Shown here: in pieces, positions 58,451 to 64,000 of the stretch
Numbering within the stretch: position 1 is the stretch's first letter
How the letters are laid out: the number at the start of each line of letters is the position of its first letter
Origin: an uncultured cyanobacterium
Lineage (GTDB): Bacteria > Cyanobacteriota > Cyanobacteriia > Cyanobacteriales > CAWCAG01
Length of the DNA: 64,000 bases
Direction of reading: 5' to 3'
Assembly: GCA_963793425.1 (NCBI GenBank)
Contig: CAWCAG010000007.1
Location: forward strand, 928,001-992,000
Translations under genes and position numbers: made by a program
Notes under the pieces: generated by a model
Told to the model about the DNA's origin: nothing
The model's input: only the letters and a program-made list of their open reading frames with translations
The model's database searches: none

Positions 58451-59809
58451 TCAACGATAAAGCCGAGTAGCGAAATTCTCGGAACGTTTTGGTGAAAGCG
58501 CCCTGGCTTTGAGGATGGCAGCAGTTAAAAAGGCATAGGAAATAACTCCTACTATGGCTAAAAGTAAAGAACTATAGTAACCGCTAGCATTCCATAAAGC
58601 ATGGAGGAAAGAGGCGGTGAGATAGCCGACTAAAAGAATTTGCCAACCTTTTTTCGGTTTGAGTACACTCAGTCCTACAAAGTAGCCAAGATAGCCGCTG
58701 TAGGCCATATGCCCAGCCACAGAGCCTAATATTCTTGGTATCAATAGGTGTAAGCCAGCTAATTGTGCTGCCTCACCTCCTGCTTGGAGGGTAATATCAT
58801 CAATAATACTCGGTACATATTGCCCCAGAGTTTCTAGGAGAGTAAAACCGACGGCGGAGGCTGTACCGAGGAGTATACCATCAAGGGGTTCTTCCACCCC
58901 TAAACGTTCTCGCCAAGGGGAATTAAATAATCTCCCCACTAAATATGCTCCTAAAATGGGTAAGGCTTTAAGTAATTCTTCCATCAACCCTGCCCCGAAG
59001 AACATATTAATTAAAAGCACCAAAAAACTGACATTAACATCTGCTTCTGGTACTGTTCCTGGGAGAATTTCTCGGAAGAAGATGATAAAAACAGTTAGTA
59101 AAGGGCTGATGAGAATAATGCTGGTGGTTAAGGCAGAAGCGAGTAAGACGAACCAGGATTTTGGTTTGCCACAAAGTTGATAGATGTAGTAGTATGCAAT
59201 GCCAGAAATGTAGGCAGCAATGAGGAAGTTGTAAACCCTGGGTTCTCCTACCGCAGCGAACATAGAAACAACAAATAAAACTGTGAGGATGCCAGGGATG
59301 AGATAGGCTTTATTTCTTAAGTCTTTCCCGGTAGAAGCAATGGGGAATAGTTGGGTAAAGGTAACAGAGTCATTTTCTGGTGGGGTAGGAACTTGAGAAA
59401 GAGAACTTCCTGTATTAGCTACCGGAGGGGTAAGAGGAGGATCTGGAACTAAAAGAGGTGTGGGTTGTAACAACTCAAAGACAAATTCTGGCCCATCATT
59501 ACCTAAACGGAGGCGATCGCCATTTCGTAAAGTTTGACAGCCATATAAGCGTTGGTTGTTGACAAAACTACCATTAGAACTATCTAAGTCGCATACTTCC
59601 CACATCTCGGAACTAGAACCCAACCAGCGAATACAAAGATGCCGACGAGATACTCCTGTATAGAGATTTATCCCTAAAGGAATTTCGCAGCTAGGATCTC
59701 TGCCGATGATAGCTTCTTGCCCCTCAGAAAGTTCATAGGGAGGTAAAGTTTGCCCCCCCACATCTCCCGTTGATAGCTGCTTGAGATATCCCTTTACTTG
59801 GCTGGCCAT
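58451..59809 (-). CDS. FHA-PrsW intramembrane protease
   Basis: FHA IGRDP..VSRRH..SSNGSFVN; PrsW EELLK, GFTLLE, GHMAYSG, HALWN. Confidence 0.9.
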   Translation of the reverse strand: MASQVKGYLKQLSTGDVGGQTLPPYELSEGQEAIIGRDPSCEIPLGINLYTGVSRRHLCIRWLGSSSEMWEVCDLDSSNGSFVNNQRLYGCQTLRNGDRLRLGNDGPEFVFELLQPTPLLVPDPPLTPPVANTGSSLSQVPTPPENDSVTFTQLFPIASTGKDLRNKAYLIPGILTVLFVVSMFAAVGEPRVYNFLIAAYISGIAYYYIYQLCGKPKSWFVLLASALTTSIILISPLLTVFIIFFREILPGTVPEADVNVSFLVLLINMFFGAGLMEELLKALPILGAYLVGRLFNSPWRERLGVEEPLDGILLGTASAVGFTLLETLGQYVPSIIDDITLQAGGEAAQLAGLHLLIPRILGSVAGHMAYSGYLGYFVGLSVLKPKKGWQILLVGYLTASFLHALWNASGYYSSLLLAIVGVISYAFLTAAILKARALSPKRSENFATRLYR

Positions 59810-59930
59810 TTGTTAATTGTCAGTCTCTAAGTTGTTGTTTGTTCTTTGGTTTAGGATAACTTAATTGAGATTTGTCATTTATCATTGGACTATCAAGCAT
59901 TGAGGCTTTGCTGAATGTGGGATTCCGCAG

Positions 59931-61595
59931 CTAAGCAAACTTGCTCAAATAGTTATGAACAAACTGGACGCAAATAGAGCCTTCCCCCACTCCAGAAGCA
60001 ACTCGTTTGATGGAACCGTGACGTACATCTCCTACAGCAAAGATACCGGGAATGTTAGTTTCTAAAAGATAAGGTTCCCTTTCTGAAGTCCAGCCCTGGG
60101 GACGGTTGCCCTTGCGGGGTAAATCAGCCCCGGTTAGGATGAATCCTCGCTCACTTCTGGCTAAGATTCCCTCTAGCCAATCAGTATGAGGTACAGCACC
60201 GATGAAAATAAAGAGGGAATTAGCCGCAACAGTTTCGCTTTCACCAGTTTGAGAATTTTCGATTACTAAAGCTTCTAAGCTATCTTCTCCTTTCGCTTCT
60301 GTGACGCTGCAATGGGTCTGAACAACAATGTTATCGGTTTCGTCAATTTGGTCAATTAGGTATTGGGACATACTTTTCGTTAAAGAGTCTCCCCTAACCA
60401 ACATAGTAACTTTACTAGCATACTTAGAAAAGTACATTGCTCCCTGTCCGGCAGAATTAGCCCCACCAATCACATAGACATCTTCATCGCGGCAAGATAG
60501 GGCTTCAGTTTGGGCCGCACCGTAGTAGACTCCTGCCCCAGTTAACCTATTAATCCCTGGTACATTGAGTTTGCGCCACCAAACTCCCAAAGCTAAAATG
60601 ACCGCATGACAACTTATTTCTGCACCGTCTTTAAGGGTAAGGATGCGATAATCATCCTGAATTCGTAACCCCGTAACTTCTTGGGGAGTGAGAATTTCCA
60701 CCCCGAAGCGTTTGGCTTGGGTAACTGCCCGCCTTGCTAAATCTGCCCCACTCAAACCCACAGGAAAACCGAGATAGTTTTCGATGCGGGAACTAGTCCC
60801 CGCTTGGCCTCCTGGGGCTTCTCTTTCAATGGTAACTGTGTGGAGTCCTTCAGAAGCACCATAAACGGCTGCCGCTAAACCTGCTGGCCCGCCTCCCACC
60901 ACAACTAAATCATAAAAAGGCTTTTCCGCTTGGGTTTGCAGCCCAATTTTGTCAGCAATTTGCACATTTTCTGGTTGAATAAGGCGATCGCCCCCAGGAA
61001 ACAAAACTTGGGGAAGTTGAGGTTTTTCTTCTTCGGTATAGCTGAGAAGTTTTTGGGCCTCTTCTTCCCTTTCCACATCTAACCAGCGATAGGGAATTTG
61101 ATTACGGGCGAGAAAATCTTTGATATTGTGGGAACGAGGCGACCAGCGATCGCCGATGACGCGAATGCCATTAAATTCTGGGTTGAAGGAAGCTAACCAA
61201 TCTTCTAAAAGGTCATCCAAAATAGGATATAGCCTTTCTTCTGGGGGGTCCCAAGGCTTGAGTAAATAGTAATCTAGTCTAGCTGTATTAATCGCTCTAA
61301 TGGCAGCTTCTGTATCAGCATAGGCAGTTAGCAAAACTCGCTTGGCTTGGGGAAATATTTCCCCTGCTTGTTCAACAAATTCTACCCCAGACATTTGGGG
61401 CATCCTCTGATCTACTAAAAATAAAGAGACTGTTTCGTTGCGTAACTTAAGCTGTTTAATCGCATCGAGGGCAGTAGCCCCGGAGTCTGCACGAATAACT
61501 CGAAAGCGATCACCATATTGTCGCCGCAAGTCCCGCCCTACAGCTTGTAATACTCCAGGATCGTCGTCTACTGCAATGATTGCTGGTTTGGCCAT
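59931..61595 (-). CDS. Receiver domain fused to thioredoxin reductase-like FAD oxidoreductase
   Basis: AVDDD, VDQRMP, KPW; GGGPAG, SSRIENYLGFP, GGANSAGQ, FAVGDVR. Confidence 0.9.
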   Translation of the reverse strand: MAKPAIIAVDDDPGVLQAVGRDLRRQYGDRFRVIRADSGATALDAIKQLKLRNETVSLFLVDQRMPQMSGVEFVEQAGEIFPQAKRVLLTAYADTEAAIRAINTARLDYYLLKPWDPPEERLYPILDDLLEDWLASFNPEFNGIRVIGDRWSPRSHNIKDFLARNQIPYRWLDVEREEEAQKLLSYTEEEKPQLPQVLFPGGDRLIQPENVQIADKIGLQTQAEKPFYDLVVVGGGPAGLAAAVYGASEGLHTVTIEREAPGGQAGTSSRIENYLGFPVGLSGADLARRAVTQAKRFGVEILTPQEVTGLRIQDDYRILTLKDGAEISCHAVILALGVWWRKLNVPGINRLTGAGVYYGAAQTEALSCRDEDVYVIGGANSAGQGAMYFSKYASKVTMLVRGDSLTKSMSQYLIDQIDETDNIVVQTHCSVTEAKGEDSLEALVIENSQTGESETVAANSLFIFIGAVPHTDWLEGILARSERGFILTGADLPRKGNRPQGWTSEREPYLLETNIPGIFAVGDVRHGSIKRVASGVGEGSICVQFVHNYLSKFA

Positions 61596-61769
61596 AATAG
61601 TTAAATCACCATTGATCATTTATCATTAAACATTTATCATTAATCGTTTGTCATTGGTGTTAAGTCTCCAACAAACGAGTGAGAATTGCTATTTAAGGCA
61701 ATGAAACCATGGCTTTCCTTGTTGTAGTCAAGTTTGATTTGAGTTTGATTTTATATTAAATCTACTCCC

Positions 61770-62435
61770 TTAAGGAGTATGAGATGCTAACTTATCAGCC
61801 CAGCGAGTGGTTTCTGGCAAACGATATTTAGGAGTACAGCGGAGAACATAATCTAGGGCTGTGGAGAGACTGATACGATGTCCAGGGGAAACATACAAAG
61901 GCTTAACCCCATTTCTAGAACGCAAAACCGCCCCAATAATTTCTCCTTTATCCAGCAACGGTTGCCAGCTTCCTTTTTCTATAGCTACAGCTTCATGCTT
62001 ACCAATAAACAGAGATTTAGCTACGCCAATCGTAGGCAGATCGAGTAAAACCCCTAAGTGGCAAGCTAAGCCAAACCTACGAGGATGAGCAATTCCTTGC
62101 CCATCGCATAAAATCAAATCAGGAACTATGGTCAACTTCTCTAATGCTTTGAGGATAACGGGAATTTCTCGGAAGGAAAGGAAACCAGGAATGTAGGGAA
62201 AAGTGGTTGGGATTTTGGCGATCGCCTTCTCTTGTAATTCTAGTTGAGGAAAGCTTAAAACAGCGACAGCCGCTTTGCTAACGGCATAATTATTTTCAAA
62301 CCCCACATCAACCCCCGCCACATATTTCACCTCATTTAAACGATCTTCGGTAATAACTTGGGGCTGCAATTGATTTTGCATTTCCTTGGCATCTTTGGTA
62401 TTTTGAGGCCAAGAAGGGGGATGATTGATTTCCAT
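61770..62435 (-). CDS. nfi: Endonuclease V
   Basis: AGVDVGF, PYIPGFLSFRE, DGQGIAHPRRFG, GVAKS, LPETTRWAD. Confidence 0.96.
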   Translation of the reverse strand: MEINHPPSWPQNTKDAKEMQNQLQPQVITEDRLNEVKYVAGVDVGFENNYAVSKAAVAVLSFPQLELQEKAIAKIPTTFPYIPGFLSFREIPVILKALEKLTIVPDLILCDGQGIAHPRRFGLACHLGVLLDLPTIGVAKSLFIGKHEAVAIEKGSWQPLLDKGEIIGAVLRSRNGVKPLYVSPGHRISLSTALDYVLRCTPKYRLPETTRWADKLASHTP

Positions 62436-62501
62436 GAAGGGTGTTAGGCGGGTTTATGTAGTTTAATGGTTATTCTTCTCAATTGGATTCCAAACCCGCC
62501 C

Positions 62502-62999
62502 CTACTGGGCGTTACCGGATAAACTATAATTCCAACGCTGATTAGGATCGCTTGCACCTACCCAAACTTCAAACTTGCCAGCTTTCAAAAAGCTATCATC
62601 TTGAGTATCGTCATCGCTATCTTTAATGATGATACTAGCATCTGGATTAGAACCAGAATCGTCACCACAAAGAACTTTACCACCAGGGCCTTTCAAAATT
62701 AAGGTTGTATCTTTACCTCTACTGTTAACCTTCAACTCCAAGCGAGAAAAGTCTTCTTCTAAAACCACAATATGGTCAGGCTGTTGCGTTGCCCAACCCA
62801 GACAGTCATTGCCTCTAATATCTTTTTTGGCAATTACCGTCAAGTCGTAGGCCCCTTGAGTATTACCAGAGACTACTGGGTTTGCGGTTTCAGGATTACT
62901 GCTTAAAGTTAGTTGAGCAAAGTTGGCCTCAGCTAAAACAGGCGCTGTACTCAAAGCCGCGAAAATACTAATTAAGATGCTAGCTTTTAAATTTGGCAT
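62502..62999 (-). CDS. Secreted hypothetical protein (PPC-like beta domain)
   Basis: Signal peptide; CLGW..PDH, DTTLILKGP..CGDD, GKFEVWVG. Confidence 0.7.
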   Translation of the reverse strand: MPNLKASILISIFAALSTAPVLAEANFAQLTLSSNPETANPVVSGNTQGAYDLTVIAKKDIRGNDCLGWATQQPDHIVVLEEDFSRLELKVNSRGKDTTLILKGPGGKVLCGDDSGSNPDASIIIKDSDDDTQDDSFLKAGKFEVWVGASDPNQRWNYSLSGNAQ

Positions 63000-63206
63000 G
63001 GCTGTTCCCCTTCGATAATCAAGTATTATTATTAGTACTTATACATAACCTTGTAGACTAATTTCGTAATCCTTGAGGAAGATATAGGACAGTACTTTTG
63101 CTGACACAAGGGGAGACGGAGTGACTGGGTGACTCGGAGACTCAGATATTCTTACAAGTGTATGTTCTCAAAAAAATGCTCCCCATCTCCCCATCTTCTT
63201 ATACTT

Positions 63207-63374
63207 ATGCAACTAATTTTTCTCCTTGCTTTCCTCTTAATCTGTAACTTTTTCTTTTCAGAAACTTTAGTTTTATTTCCTATTCATCTTCTCCTCAATA
63301 CTTTTACTGGTCTAATTTGGTACGGTGTCGCCATAGTAGCCGTAGCAATTATCGCTTGGTGTTTCGGAGAATAA
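63207..63374 (+). CDS. Small membrane protein
   Basis: Two hydrophobic segments ending IAWCFGE; start moved to ATG 63207. Confidence 0.5.
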   Translation: MQLIFLLAFLLICNFFFSETLVLFPIHLLLNTFTGLIWYGVAIVAVAIIAWCFGE

Positions 63375-63457
63375 GACCCATTCCTCACCTCCTATCACTC
63401 AAAAAGCAAACCAAGAGTTAAAGTTAAGTATGGGAGTATACATTTAGGAGAAAGTTA

Positions 63458-63841
63458 GTGAATCAAGACCAAGTTCCTAAACTACTACAGTTAAACCCTT
63501 CCGGTCTTGGCTGTTGGTTAACCCTGATCTTAAGCTTTTTGTTATTAGGTTCGGTGGGTTTTGGCTGGTTAGCTAAGGGGTTGCTGATCATTGTGGGTTT
63601 AATCTTAATCACCCCGGCGATCGCCTTATTTGGTTTTCGTTGGTGGTTGCAACGTAGCTTAGTACAAAGCCAATGCCCCGTATGCAATCATGAATTTTCT
63701 GCTTTGAAAACCACTTCCCTCCAATGTCCTAGTTGTGGAGAAGCATTGCAAGTAGATCAGGGCAACTTTACTCGCTTAACCCCCCCTGGGACTATTGATG
63801 TGGAAGCCGTGGAAGTACCTGCCCAATCTGTAGAGGAATGA
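63458..63841 (+). CDS. Membrane protein with Zn ribbon
   Basis: AGGAG SD; two TM helices; CPVC..CPSC; PPGTIDVEA. Confidence 0.8.
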   Translation: MNQDQVPKLLQLNPSGLGCWLTLILSFLLLGSVGFGWLAKGLLIIVGLILITPAIALFGFRWWLQRSLVQSQCPVCNHEFSALKTTSLQCPSCGEALQVDQGNFTRLTPPGTIDVEAVEVPAQSVEE

Positions 63842-64000
63842 AGAAAATATTGAGTCTCAAACGCCGCCAATTTCTCAAACTTAGTTCCATGGCAGTGGGT
63901 AGTAGTATTTTAGCTGCTTGTAATCGCCAAAGTCCTTCGGAAGTAGAAAGGGCAGGAAACACCGAAAAACTAGATAAAATTGAATTTATCCTGGGTTGGA
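63838..64000 (+). CDS. Tat lipoprotein, likely ABC substrate-binding protein (runs off window end)
   Basis: ATGA overlap; MKKILSLKRRQFLKLSSMAVGSSILAACNRQ..LDKIEFILGW. Confidence 0.7.
   Translation, partial: MKKILSLKRRQFLKLSSMAVGSSILAACNRQSPSEVERAGNTEKLDKIEFILGW

Noticed and set aside
705..63687. Many short ORFs antisense to or nested in clear genes (e.g. 705-983, 11234-11575, 18480-18965, 38915-39223, 62626-62850)
   Set aside because: Shadow ORFs of well-supported genes with no motifs.

Overview
Chromosomal window from a cyanobacterium, supported by dense HIP1 GCGATCGC sites (roughly 35-40 by eye), NtcA boxes, cmpA, ndhF3/ndhD3 and an SLH porin. It holds housekeeping genes (dnaN, trpB, rnd, aspS, hisA, nfi), many signalling genes (two class III cyclases, kinases, DUF928/FecR/CHASE2) and the nirB-ntcB-cnaT cluster. 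The best finding is outside the ORF track. The leader of a DAHP synthase that has no regulatory domain (2089-2438) carries two tandem 18-codon peptides rich in Phe/Tyr/Trp (MFSSYQHFYFWFKLVRRE and MSFYFYHFHFFWTRESSG). Each peptide is followed by an intrinsic terminator with a competing antiterminator, which looks like a double ribosome-mediated attenuator. The window also has many deletion scars: cmpB fused to cmpD, an orphan nirA-type promoter, ndhF3/D3 without cupA, a fragmented MprF/KimA island and Rhs remnants. Two genes in the island share a four-repeat promoter motif, and a TetR/dead-recombinase fusion has twin operators facing a desaturase. I recognised no rRNA, tRNA, CRISPR array or intact IS. 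All calls are by eye, with no database searches.
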